Part shown: one piece after another, positions 27,074-40,902 of the stretch
How the letters are laid out: each line of letters starts with the position of its first letter
Position numbering within the stretch: the first letter of the stretch is position 1
From: Octopus vulgaris
Taxonomy: Eukaryota
Direction: 5' to 3'
Assembly (NCBI GenBank): GCA_951406725.2
Contig: OX597836.1
Span: 32,922,001-32,986,000, forward strand
DNA length: 64,000 nucleotides
The notes under the pieces: model-generated
Seen by the model: the letters and a program-made list of their open reading frames with translations, nothing else
Told to the model about the DNA's origin: nothing
Databases searched by the model: none
Program-made: the position numbers and the translations under genes

Positions 27074-27118
27074 CACACGGACTCGAGTTTCTGGGTATTG
27101 ACCCTTCATTAGCATGTG
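27074..27118 (-). ncRNA. Minimal type I hammerhead ribozyme motif with a G5A core change
   Basis: Minus strand CACAUG-CUAAUGA-A-GGGU-CAAU-ACCC-A-GAA-ACUCGAGU-C-CGUGUG: 6-bp stem I, 4-bp stem II, palindromic stem III, GUC site. Confidence 0.7.
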
Positions 27119-28083
27119 ACCTCGCTCAGAGATTAATTATATATATATAAATATGCATATACTGAAATCACACCCTGATGAGTGCAGGGTTACATAATCA
27201 GACTGTTATCTAACACTCCGTTGAACCTCTAGTGTGAAACTGATCTGTAAGATCTGCCATAATGGATATATAATACTGTACACTTCAATTAATACACACA
27301 CACACACACATACACATATACATATGATGAACTCTCAAAGATGACATGTGAGTGTTCTGTTATTTGCCGAATGAACTGCACAAATGATTTCTTTATGGAG
27401 ATCAAATGTATGTGCCGTACATTAGTTCACTCTCTCCATCAAATCAACGTTGCCTGAACAGGTACATGGTATACCACATCACATATCAGGGTCGATAAAG
27501 TAAGTACCACTGAGCACTGGGATCGATGTAATCAACTTGACCACCACCACTGAAATTGCTGGCCTTGTGCCAAAATGTGAAATCAATATTTATTCCACAA
27601 AATCACCTGGAACCAAATAACAGCAACTACAACAACAACAACAACAAAAACAACAACAACAAAAACAACAACCACAATGCCATCACCAATACTATGTTTA
27701 ATGAGTACACCCCAACAAACCATCCAGAAGTGAATTCAACATTCTACGTACATAAAAACCCTTATTCCAATTTAGCCCACATCTGTGTAAAGACATTTTC
27801 TTAATTGCTTGTTCTGAAACCGTTTTCTTTCCAAGAGTTAACAGATTCCTGGTTTACCCTTGGGGAATGAATTCACACGAACCAAAAGTAATCTGGAAAA
27901 AATCTGGTTTCTCAAACGTTTGAGAATATACATTCAAGTCAATACCCATGTCAAATACAGACACAACCAAAAGACACAGATTGTTTATATATTTATTATA
28001 TTTATATAATTTCTTCGTATAAATCCTGTATATATATATATTTATATACATGCGTGTTTGTGTCTGTGTGTGTTTATTGTATC

Positions 28084-28118
<35 letters not shown>

Positions 28119-28312
28119 CACATACATACATATCTATGTATATAATAACATACACACATATATACACACACATACATACATACATGCATACATACATATA
28201 TACATACATATACATACATACACATACATACACATACATACATATATATATATAGACATGAAAAATCTAAATGTTTACATCTGTATATTAAATGTGTGTG
28301 TGTACATATGTT

Positions 28313-28374
<62 letters not shown>

Positions 28375-28629
28375 GAATATATATGAATATAGACATATAT
28401 ACATATACATATGTATATTTAAATTTATATACTTTTGTATGTGTATATCTTATATTTTTTTTTGTTCTCTACAAATCCTGTTTTCTAATTAAATTCCATA
28501 AAATTCTGCAAAACAACCATTTTTTTTTTGTAAGAATGTGTGTGTATATATGTGAATTCAAACATGTGTTTGTACATGTGCATATATATATGCATGTATA
28601 TATTAACATTTTAGCAGTGATATGGCCTT

Positions 28630-28677
<48 letters not shown>

Positions 28678-28944
28678 GAGAGATTATTAAGTGTATATTT
28701 TTGCATGGGAATAAGGAAGTAAACAGCCATATCCATGAAGTTAGGGATGGAGGTTGTAAGTATCAGAGGAAAATCAAGGATCCCTGATGTTTATAGTTCC
28801 TCTTTGGTGAGCCCTAGACCAACCTCGATTGAGCAAACTTATGATGAAAGCCCTCCAGCCATGACTCTGCCTTTTTGTATAAGACTGTGGCATATTGTCT
28901 CATGTATTACTTGCTTTTGAAGGCATATGTACATATTTGATGGC

Positions 28945-29250
28945 CTCAGTTGGTGGTTTGAAAAATCACTTGCAAACCATATGGTTTAGTGTTCAATCTC
29001 ACTGCGTGGCACCTTGGACAAGTGTCTTCTACCATAGCCTCAGGCCGATCAAAGCCTTGTGAGTGGATTTGGTAGATGGAAACTGAAAGAAGCCAATCAA
29101 ATGTGTGTGTGTATATATATAATTCAGAAAAACGAAGAAAAATATCACAAGGAAAAAATGTGACGATGTGGTATATACATATATATATAAATATATATAC
29201 ACACACAGACACACACACACACACATATATATATGTACATACATACATGG

Positions 29251-29294
<44 letters not shown>

Positions 29295-29728
29295 TCTCTT
29301 TTACTTGTTTCAATCATTTTGACAGTGGCCATGCTGGAGCACCGCCTTTAGTTGAGCAAATCGACCCCAAGACTTATTCTTTTTAAGCCTTGCACTTGTT
29401 CTATCGGTCTTTTGCCAAACTGCTAAGTTACAGGGAGGTAAACACACCAGCACTGGTTGTCAAGCGATGTTGGGGGGACATATGTATATATTTATATGTG
29501 TATGTGTTTGTGTCTGTGCTTACCCCCACAATATCGCCTGACAGCTGATGTAGGTGTGTGTTTACGTCCCCATAACTTAGCGGTTTGGCAAAAGAGGTGG
29601 ATAGAATAAGTACTAGGCTTCCAAAGACTAAGTCCTGGGGTCATTGTCTTCCACTAAAAAAAACCCTTAAGGTGGTGCTCCAGCATGGTTGCAGTCAAAT
29701 GACTGAAACAAGTAAAAGAATAAAAGAA
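28945..29728. mobile_element. Family A SINE (+) interrupted by an inverted family A 3' half
   Basis: Plus head 28945-29100, minus piece 29293-29480, plus 3' half 29500-29728. Confidence 0.75.
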
Positions 29729-29738
29729 TGTATGTGCG

Positions 29739-29852
<114 letters not shown>

Positions 29853-30106
29853 AACGCTCACACATTGATATCATTTTTAACAATTTTATTTTTCCTTTCT
29901 CTTTCTCTCAGACAGCTTTACATTGCAAGATTATTTTTCCAAAAATGTTATTCTAAATTTGAAAAATCACTTTACTTGATTTATCTGGAAGTTTTTAGCT
30001 ATTTTTTTTCCTCCCTTTCTGTTTTTCAAATCAAAACTGCAATTCTTTTCCCAAAAGAAATAACAAAATTTCCTTTATTACTATCATTAAACAAATATTA
30101 TGGGTT

Positions 30107-30139
<33 letters not shown>

Positions 30140-30239
30140 ATTATATATATAATTTTATATTTCTTATTTGTTTTTTTCTTTAAAAATGTTTTTTAATTAA
30201 GAAAAAGTAACAATAATAATAATAATGATGATGATGATC

Positions 30240-30278
<39 letters not shown>

Positions 30279-30365
30279 TCAACATACTGGAATTAAAACA
30301 GAAATTAATTTAAATGAGAATTTATTAATGATTTTTTTTATATTTAATTTTTGCATTATGTCAAG

Positions 30366-30432
<67 letters not shown>

Positions 30433-30831
30433 TGTGTGTGTGTATGTGAATATATATATATGTGTATGTGAATATATATATATATATATGTGTGTGTATG
30501 TTTGTGTGTGTGTATGCATGTATATGCTTACATATATTTATATTTATATTTATATATATCTGTATATATGTCTATATGTATGTATAGGCATATGTATTTA
30601 TATATTTAATATTTCTTTTGGTATTCCTTTGGGTCTTTGGTGAAAATCAGGCAATATTACTTAATTGATCAAGAACTCTAGTTTCGGGTCAGGGGGATGG
30701 GGGCAGGCTAGGGGGCAGGGGTGATGTTGAATGGTTGTTTAAGACTTCAGAAACTATTACCACCATTTATATTCTTTTGCTATTTGTTTTTTTCCTTTCT
30801 TTTTAACTTGTAACTTTCGCTGTCTTTGTTT

Positions 30832-30843
30832 GTCATCATCATC

Positions 30844-30874
<31 letters not shown>

Positions 30875-31305
30875 GTATCAGCATCATCATCATCAACAGC
30901 ATCATCATAAACAACATCATCATAATCGTCATCATCATCTTCAGCATCAGCAGCAGCTGAACCTTCTGCATCATCATCATCATCATCACCATCATCATCA
31001 TCAGTATCAGCATCATCAGCATCATTATCTTCAGTAGCAGCATCATAATCAGCATCATCATAATCAGCATCATCATAATCGTCATCATCATCTTCAGCAT
31101 CAGCAGCAGCTGAAGCTTCTGCATCATCATCATCATCATCATCATCAACATCATCATCATTATCATCGGTGTCATCATTATCATCAGCATCATCATCATC
31201 ATCATCATTATCATCAGCATCATCATAATAAGCAGCAGTATCCTCAACAGCTTCATCAGACGCAGCAGCAACATCATCATCATCAGCAGCAGCAGCAGCA
31301 TCACC
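30832..31305. repeat. Degenerate (CAT/CAG)n tract with an internal duplication of about 130 bp
   Basis: catcataatcgtcatcatcatcttcagcatcagcagcagctgaaScttctgcatc occurs twice. Confidence 0.85.
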
Positions 31306-31948
31306 ACACCCCATCCCCACCCCATCCCCACCAACACCACTGCTGTCTGATACGGTTTACTGTTCTTTATTTATATTTCGCTGAAATTAAATTCATGTTA
31401 GTTCTGCAAGCCAAAATATTTGAGACATTCTCAAAGAACTTCTTCAGAGTTCTTCTAATTCTATAGACTTAAGAATTCTTTCAGAATTATTTTAGCAGCT
31501 TAAGCTAAGAATGTCTTGTATTCTTTCTTTAACACAGGTTTTTTCTTTGTTTTTTTTTTTTTTTTTTTTGGTGCAACTACTTTTGGGGAGTTTTTTTAAT
31601 GTTTTCTTCAGTCTGTCTTTTATACATGTATTTGTCATTGGAATGTGGCCATGATGGAGCACTGCTTTCAAGGGTTTAATGGAACAAATCAACCATAGTA
31701 CTTATTTTTTAGACCTGGTATTTATTCTATCAATCTCTTTTGTCAAACTGCTAGGTTAGAGGGAAGTGAACAAATCAACAACATTTGCCAAGTTTGGTGG
31801 AGGTTGCAACCACAAACACTAATAAAAACACCATGACTTCGATTATATGTATATATATATCATCATCATCATCATCATCATCATTTAGCGTCCGTTTTCC
31901 ATGCTAGCATGGGTTGGACGGTTCAACTGGGGTCTGGGGAGCCCGAAT

Positions 31949-32211
31949 AGAAATGGTAAGACAACTAAGGAATGAAAGCGACCTCGATATTATGTAAATA
32001 GAGGAATTTATCTGTAAATGCAATATGTGACACTTATTCAGTAGCCATGATAAAACTCCGAATTTTGGATGTCAGGGCAGAAACCCACGCTGCCATCTCT
32101 GGAGAATTTTTTCGACGGCCCAATAACTGAAGAGATGGCAGCATGGGTTTCCGCCCCGACATCCGAAACTCAGAGTTTTATCATAGCTACCGAATAATTG
32201 TCACATATTAC

Positions 32212-32256
<45 letters not shown>

Positions 32257-32365
32257 GTGACAATTATTCAGTAACTATGATAAAACTCCAAGTTTCAGAT
32301 GTCGGAGCAGAAAACCACATAATATCAAGGTCTCTTTCATTCTTTTGTTGTCTTACCATTTCTAT

Positions 32366-32366
<1 letters not shown>
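31949..32366. mobile_element. Nested inverted-repeat element, Penelope-like, containing a hammerhead-like motif
   Basis: Order B(31949-31996), A(32013-32100), loop, A'(32131-32216), (TA)n, A(32251-32317), B'(32318-32366). CTGAAGA…GAAACTCAGAGTT at 32127-32177. Confidence 0.7.
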
Positions 32367-32396
<30 letters not shown>

Positions 32397-32399
<3 letters not shown>

Positions 32400-33005
32400 T
32401 GGAGGGAGCCTGTGGAAGAGGTAGATGCAGGAAGACATGGGATGAGGTGGTGAAGCATGACCTTCAAACGTTGGGCCTCGAAGATGCAATGACAAGCAAT
32501 CGAGACCTTTGGAGATATGCCATACTTGTGAAAACCTGGCTGGCCAAGTGAGATCATAGTCGTGGCTGGTGCCAGTGTTGCATAACTGGCCCTTTCAAAA
32601 ACACCCTTCAATCGTTGGGTGATATGCCATGCTTGTGAAGACCTGTTGGACCGAGTAAGATCATAGTTGTGGATGGTTCCAGTGTTGCCTGCCTGGCTTC
32701 CATGCTGGTGATCTGTGAAAAAAAACATTCAAGTGTGGCTGACACCTGTGCTGGTGACATGTAAAAAGCACCATTCATGCCTGGTTGATGCCAGTGTCAC
32801 CTGACTCGCTCCCATTCTAGTGGCATGTAAAAAAGCACCCACTACACTGTCAGAGTGATTGGCATTAGGAAGGGCATCCAGCTGTAGAAACTTTGTCAAA
32901 CCATATTGGAGCCTGGTGCAGCCTCCCAGCTTGTCAGTTCTTAGTCAAGCCATCCAACCCATGCCAGCAAAGAAAGCAGACATTAAGCAATGATGATGAT
33001 GATGA
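32397..33005 (+). mobile_element. 5'-truncated RTE-clade LINE (ORF2 end, 3'UTR, (GAT)n tail); likely source of family C
   Basis: VEGACGRGRCRKTWDEVVKHDLQTLGLEDAMTSNRDLWRYAI matches the RTE C-terminal GxRxRGRPxxxWxDxVxxD…DRxxWR pattern and is followed by the family C core. Confidence 0.85.
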
Positions 33006-33195
33006 TGTATATAGATATATATATGTACATGCATACATACACACACATATATATATATATATACATATAAACACATATATACATAAAATCACACATATAC
33101 ATACACACAAATAAATATATATAAAAACACACATATATACATGCATATATATATATATGTGTGTGTGTGTGTATGGATATAAATGTATATATTTA

Positions 33196-33241
<46 letters not shown>

Positions 33242-34021
33242 TACACACATACACACACAACAGACTTCCACACAGTTTCTGTCTTCCAAATTCCCTTACA
33301 AGGCATTGCTCAGCCCCTGGGCTATAATAGAAAACACTTGTCCAAGGTGTCTTCATGCAGTGGGACTGAACCTGAAGCCATGCAGTCTCAAACCACACAA
33401 CCATGTTTTGTTAAATTTCCTTTCAAATTTTGTCCGTTTGGATGGACAGATGGATGAACGGATGAACAGATGAATGGATGGATAGATGGATGGGTGATCG
33501 GGTGGCCTGCAATCTTCAGTGCTCCGACTGAACTAACTGGAAGGCAAGTGAGTCCGTGTAAGGAGTCACTGAGAACATATATTGTGCCATTGTCCAACTT
33601 GACACATGACAAATTAGTTTTCCAGTTTGAAAACCTTTACAAATAGGAACCTATACTATTTTTTAGTCACCAGCTTGGTACAATTACGCACACATATATA
33701 TAGACAGAGAGACACATATATACACATATACCTTTATATACTTTCATATATATATATATATATATGTGTGTGTGTATACATATATGTGTATATCTATTTA
33801 TATGTACTTAGAGAGAGACACATATATACATATATACACATATACATTTATATACTTTCACATATATATGTGTGTGTGTGTGTGTATACATATATGTGTA
33901 TATGTATTTATATGTACTTACATGTGTGTGTATGTGTGTGCGTACATGTGTGTGTGTACGCATGCATGTGTGTGTGCGCATGCATGTGTGTGTGTGTGTG
34001 CATGCATGTGTGTGTGTGTGT

Positions 34022-34435
34022 GTGGCTGTGTGGTAAGAAGCTTGCTTTCCACCCACGAGGTTATAGGTTCAGTCACACTGCATGGTACCTTGAGCAGGGG
34101 TGTTCTACTATTGCAGCAGGCTGACCAAAGCTGTGTGAGTGGATTTGGTAGACAGAAACTGAAAGAAGCCTGTCATATATATATCTATATGTGTGTGTGT
34201 ATATGTACATGTCTGCGTGTGCGTATGTCTGTGTTTGTCCCCACCATCATCACTTGACAACTGGTGTTGGTGTGTTTATGTCCCTGTAACTTGGCAGTTC
34301 AGCAAAAAGACCGATAGAAGAGGTACTAGGCTTAAAAATAAGTCCTTGGGTCAAATTATTCAACAAAAGCACATCAGGGTGGTGCTCCAGCATGACCACA
34401 AGCGAATGACTGAAAGAAGTAAAGAATAAAAGAAT
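34022..34435 (+). mobile_element. Family A SINE, full length
   Basis: Head-to-tail match. Confidence 0.8.
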
Positions 34436-34462
34436 GTATATATATATGTATGTATATACTTT

Positions 34463-34702
34463 TTAATAAACACAATACATGTTTTTATATGCTACTATTA
34501 GTTTCATGTGCTGAGAACATGCCAAACATTGTCTTCTAACATGTCTGATCTCTCAGCACAGTCATCAGGCATTGCCCACATGGCATAATGATGTGACTGA
34601 TAACTGTGCCAAGATGTCAGACGTGTTGTAAAACATGGTTTGGCATGTTCTCAACACATTAAACTAATGGTAGCACTGCAAAATATGTATTGTGTTTATT
34701 AA
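34463..34702. mobile_element. Fold-back/MITE-like palindrome with arms of about 105 bp
   Basis: 34463-34568 is the approximate reverse complement of 34597-34702. Confidence 0.8.
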
Positions 34703-34843
34703 GTAATATTTATCTCTCACCAGATGGAGTACCCAAATGGGGTACCCAAAACAGTCATAGAAATGACTTGTGCCTCGGAGGGGAACTCTCTAGGTGCAAT
34801 CCCATGGTCATTCACAACTGAAGTATGGGAGGTCTTTACTTTT

Positions 34844-34902
<59 letters not shown>

Positions 34903-35349
34903 AGAAATCAATTATGATTTTATTCAATATATTCCCCTCTCAAGTTCACTCACTTAATGCAGAGGTTCTTCAGTTTTTCTAAGCCCTGCAAAATAACTCA
35001 GATGGTTGGGCTCCAACTGGGCCTTTCGTGATACCTTTAAAGCCAGGAACTTTCCAGCAACCCCTCGTAGATGCTGATGTCCCATAAAAAGCACTCAGTA
35101 CACCCTGTAAAGTTGCTGGCGTTAGAAAGGCATTCAGCTGTAGAAACTATGTCAAAACAGAAAATAGAACTCAGGGTAGCCCTCTGGCTATGCCAAGCCC
35201 TGGTAAAACTGTCCAATGCATGCCAGCATGTAGAACGGCTGTTAAATGATCGTGATCATGATGCTGATAATAATGATGACAATGACAACGACAACGATGT
35301 GTACACATAACATACACACTTATAAGTGTTTTAGAAGATATACTGAACA

Positions 35350-35780
35350 TTCCGCCAAGGTCAACTTTGCCTTTCATCCTTTCAGGGATGATAAATTAAG
35401 TACCAGTTATGTACTGGGGTTGATCTAATCGACTGCCCCCCCCCCCCCCGCCTCCCAAAAAATTTCAGACCTTGTGCCTAGAATAGGAAAGAATATAAGG
35501 CAGCAAGCTGGCAGAAACATTAGCACACCGGGCGAAATGCTTAGCGCCATTTCATCCGTCTTTATATTCTGAGTTCAAATTTCTTCCAGAGTCGACTTTG
35601 CCTCTCATCCTTTCAGGCGCAATGAAATATATGTACCAGTTACACACTGGGGTTGATGAAATTGACTAGCCCCCCTCCCCCAAATTTTAGGCCTTTTACC
35701 TTCAGTTGAATGGATTATTATTATTATCATTAAAAAAACAGCAAGCTGGCAGAATCGTTAGCATGCTGAGCAAAATGCTG
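35350..35780 (+). mobile_element. Tandem family B SINE copies
   Basis: Partial copy, full copy (35498-35715) and a head fragment. Confidence 0.75.
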
Positions 35781-36009
35781 ATTAGATTTTGGGATTAATC
35801 CAGCACTGGACAAGGATTCTGGATTATTTTTCTGCGTTGTTTTTTTTTTTTTTTTATATTTGAGATCAGCCAGGTTCGTTTTTAGTATTCTCGTTCGTGA
35901 GAGCAGTTGAGTTTATTTCAGATATTCTCCCTTTAAAAAAAATCTCTGGCTAATTGTTGACAGGACGTTGGTGTTGCCTTGGCAGAGGTTTACACAATCT
36001 GAGTGCTCT

Positions 36010-38850
36010 TGATATTATCATCATCATCATCATTATCATCATCATCATTATTATTATTATCATTATCATTCACCATCACCATCATCGTAATCATTTCTAT
36101 CGGTATGAGTATCATTTCTACAAGACTGTCTTAATGTCATGATCTTTGTTATTGTCATCATCATCATTGAAGTCATCAGCTGTAGCAGCATTCTCATCCT
36201 CTTTATCCTCATGTTCGTCATCGTCATCAGCAACATAATTATGTTCACCATCTTCACCACCACCGCTACCACCATAACCATTTTCAGAAGCAGCAGCAAC
36301 AACGCAATCACCTTCATCATCACTGCCACCACCACCACATCATCACCATCACCACCAACTTCACCACACCATCAACATCATCATCATCATCACTACCACC
36401 ATCACCATCACCATCACCATACCATCAACTTCAGCACTACCACCACCACCATCAACATCATCACTACCACCACATCATCACCATTGCCATCATCATCACC
36501 ACATCACCACGCCATTATCAACATCATCATCATCATCATCACCACCACCATCATCACAACCACCACCACCATCAACATCATCACCATTGCCATCATCATT
36601 GCCACATCACCACACCATTATCATCATCATCATCATCATCATCATCACTACCACCACCATCATCATCATCATTATAATTAATGATGCCATAGCCAGCCTG
36701 GATCTCTTTGTTATGCCACCGCTATCCACCCCCCAACCCCCCAACCCATCGCCACTCATTCCCCCTCCCCCAGCTGAACTTCTGTCTCCCCACCCACCCC
36801 CACCCCCACCGCACACTCCCCCACTCGTCCCCCTCACCCTGTCTGTGGAGGATGACTGTTGGTTTCTGAGTGAACAGATCAGGTTACAGCCAGGGTATGA
36901 GGTGGATGGCAGGGGTGGATCAGGAGTGCATCAGAAGACAAAAGACGCTGCTCTCTGGCTAATAAAATTTCCCACCTGCACACCAACCAACACCACCACT
37001 ACCAACACCTGCACACCAACCAACACCACCACTACCAACGCCACCACTACCACTATTGGAACTATCACTACTACCACTGCCACCACTACTACCACCAGGA
37101 CTATCACCACCACAACCACTCTTACAACTACCACCAACACAACCACAGCCAGTACAACCACTGCTACCACCATCAGCACAACCGTCACTGCCTATACCAC
37201 CACAGCCACTACCAGAACCCTCACATCTACCACCAACAGAACCACCGCCACCGCCTTGACTACGACTACCATCATCACCACAACCACCACTACTACTACT
37301 ACCACCACCACCACCACCATGATTACGACAACCACTATCACCACTGCCACCACCACCACCAATGCAACCACCACCACTACTTCTACTTGCATTAATCAGG
37401 ACCACTGCATACTCCTACCATACACTACTACCTGCACATGCTTACATTTCTATTAACCACTACCACCATCACCCAACCCACACTCACTACCACCACCACA
37501 CATCACCACCACCACCACCACCACCATAGCACCAATACCTATATAGCCACTGTTGTCATCATCATCAACATTACAACCACTACTACCACCAAACCCACCA
37601 GGACTACCACAGCTACCACTACCACCACCGTTTTTATCACTAACACCACCACCACTACTATACCATCACCACTACCATCACCACAGCCACCAGCATCACA
37701 ACCACCACCACCACCACCACAACCACCACAACCACCACCACAACCACGACTGCCACCACCACCATCACTGCCACTACCATCTCCACCACCACAACCATCA
37801 CTGCCATCACCACCACCACAACCTCCACCACCACAACCTCCACCACCACAATCGCCACCACAACCATCACTGCCACTACCATCACCACAACCACCACCAC
37901 CACTACCACGACTGCCACCACCACCACCATCACTGCCACTACCATCTCCACCACCACAACCATCACTGCCATCACCACCACCACAACCTCCACCACCACA
38001 ACCTCCACCACCACAATCGCCATCACAACCATCACTGCCACTACCATCACCACACAACCACCACTGCCACCATTACCACCACCACCACCACCACCATCAC
38101 AACTGCTACCATCACTATCACTACCACCACCATCACCACCACCACAACCACCATCACCACAACCAGCATCACCACCATCAAAAACACCATCGCCACCACC
38201 ACCACAAACACCATCACCACTACCACAGCTGCCGCCACAACCATCACTACCACAACCACCACTACAACCAACACCATCATCACCATCACGCTACCACCAC
38301 CACCACTACAACCACCACTACCATCACCACCACCACCACCACCACCACCACCACCACCACCACCGGCTCCCAATCACTTTACTGTCATTACCCTTGCACC
38401 TAGAGCAGGGTTTGTTGAGGGGGCTGAGGGGGTGTGGTAGCAAGGATTCAGGAAGTGACTACATGAGGTGGAGACTATTGAAAGGGGGTTAGAGATGTAC
38501 CGCAGGGAGGGGGGATAGGGTGTTGTGATAAGGGGCTGGATTGGAGTCGGTGGGGGGTGTGGAATACAGGGGGGGAAAGTACCGATGGCAGCGGGGTGGG
38601 TGGGGGTGGAGGCATGTGGTGGTGGTGAGTGTAAGGGGGGGTAGGGGTGGAGGTGGAATGAAGGAGATTCCAAACAGGAAGTTTACCGATTCCTTAAAAT
38701 CCCAGAACCATATTATTATAACTCTTGAGTGATGAATTTTCTTGAGCATTTGTCATCATCGTCTTTAACATCCGTCATCGTCATCATCATCGTCATCGTC
38801 GTCGTCATTGTTATTGTCTTCATCAAACACACACACATACACACACACAA

Positions 38851-38881
<31 letters not shown>

Positions 38882-39064
38882 ACACACACACACACACACA
38901 CATAACACACACACACACACACACATGCACACACACACACACACACACGCCAACCTCTTCTTATACGCTTCTCACAGTCATAAATTCATCACCATTGTAA
39001 CACGCTCCCCCGCCACCACCGCCTCCAAATCCATCATCATCATCATCATCAACAGCAACAGTAG

Positions 39065-39107
<43 letters not shown>

Positions 39108-39290
39108 GTTACAGGATATTACACAAACATCAATGTCACACACGCACACACACACACACACACACTCTCTCTCTCTCTCTCTCTCTCTATCGCATGTCGC
39201 CATTATATATTAATGCTATCGCAACCTCCATCCTCATCATCATCATCTTATCATCATCTTGTCATCATCAGCCATCATCTTTATCATCCT
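36010..39290. repeat. Long low-complexity domain of (CAT)n/(CAC)n/(ACC)n with short complex islands
   Basis: Read directly. Includes a duplication of about 150-160 bp at 37744-37890 and 37906-38055. Confidence 0.9.
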
Positions 39291-39324
39291 CACAACGTGT
39301 AATTACACATATACCCACTTCATC

Positions 39325-39549
39325 TGCTTATCTATCTATCTACCTACCTACTAATCTATCTATCCATCTATTTATCAATTTATTGATCTATCTTTCTACC
39401 TATCTATGTAACTACCTTTTCATCTAATTACATATCTATTCATCAACACATCTCTCTATTTATTTATCTGTCTGTCTAATCTATCTGTCTATCCATCAAT
39501 CTTTCTATCTATCTAACTATCTATCTAGCTATCTACCTATCTGCCTGTT

Positions 39550-39594
<45 letters not shown>

Positions 39595-39813
39595 GTCCTC
39601 TTTCTTTCCATTTACGATCCCTTTTGATCGAAAACCAAACCCCCTTCTTTAACGCCCAAAAGAAAAGCTCTACCTTGTAATCTCTATTTATTTATCTGTC
39701 TGTCTAATCTATCTGTGTGGCTAATAAAGAAACATATCTATCTATCCAAGGTATTGATCTATCTTTCTACCTATCTAAGTAACTACCTTTTCATCTATCT
39801 ACCTATCTGCCTG

Positions 39814-39873
<60 letters not shown>

Positions 39874-40075
39874 CCTACCTATCTATCAATGTATTGATCT
39901 ATCTATCTACCTATCTGCCTGTCTATCTATCTATCTATCTATTTATCTACCTACCAATCTATCTATCTACCTAGCTATTATCTACCTATCTGCTTGTCTA
40001 TCTACCTATCTATATGTAACTACCTTTTCATCTATCTTCATATCTGTTTGTCTATCTATCAATCAATCTACGTAT
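39325..40075. repeat. Degenerate (TCTA)n satellite with internal duplications
   Basis: Read directly. Confidence 0.85.
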
Positions 40076-40526
40076 CTCATTATAACCCTTTAATAGCAGT
40101 CATAAGCCCAGCTACAAATACAAGACAAATCTCTCTTAAATCACAACATACTATCTTAAAGATGGAAGAACAGGGTGAAAAATGTAGCTTTCAGTACTGC
40201 TACAAAGGACAGGATGGTCACAACTGGAATGTCTTTGATCATCGGTCTATTTAATCACGGTTAATCTAGAGTTAATCAACAACAACAATTATAATCATAA
40301 ATATAATATTGTTACCTATCGCTATCTTTTATCTTTTACTTGTTTCAGTCATTTTATTGTGGCCATTCTGAGGCACCTCCTTGAAGAGTTTCAATCAAAC
40401 ATCTTCAGTATTTTTTTTGTTTGTTTGTTTGTTTTTGAAGTCTGGGACTATTCTATTGGTTACCTTTACTGAATTGCTAAGTCATGGGGTTGTCAAGCAG
40501 TGGTGGGAACAAACACAAGCTTAAAA

Positions 40527-40558
<32 letters not shown>

Positions 40559-40617
40559 GAGTGCAACAGCCTATCGACCGGGCCATGCACCTTCACATAT
40601 ATATATATATATATATG

Positions 40618-40880
40618 TGAAGGTGCATGGCCCGGTCGGTAGGCTGTTGCACTCACAATTGCTATTTCATGGGTTTGATTCCCAGACTATGCACCACATT
40701 GTGTTCTTGAGCAAAACACTTCATTTCACGTTGCTCCAGTCCTCTTTTCAATCAGAGAGACGGCATTAGTCTGTTTGCCTAGCCAAGCAGGCTAGTGTCA
40801 TTTCAAGGCTAAAACAATGCAAAGCACATTGTGACCAGCAATGTGTAACAGCATCTGATAGTCTGGTCAGTCACGTGATC
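40618..40880 (+). mobile_element. tRNA-derived SINE sharing its head and central domain with 56127-56450
   Basis: tgaaggtgcatggcccggtcggtagg…gggtttgattccc…ttgtgttcttgagcaaaacacttcatttcacgttgctccagt. Confidence 0.7.
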
Positions 40881-40902
40881 ACATTATATCTATGTATATA
40901 AA

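Noticed and set aside
30757-31320. 187-aa Asp/Ala-rich ORF resembling an acidic biomineralisation protein
   Set aside because: It is the reverse strand of a (CAT)n tract, open in more than one frame, with no signal peptide or exon boundaries. Similar tracts recur at 46650-46980 and 56800-57500.
36587-38440. Long Thr/Pro/His-rich ORFs resembling mucin, extensin or formin
   Set aside because: Overlapping ORFs in several frames on both strands come from (ACC/CAC)n low-complexity DNA inside the ferlin intron.
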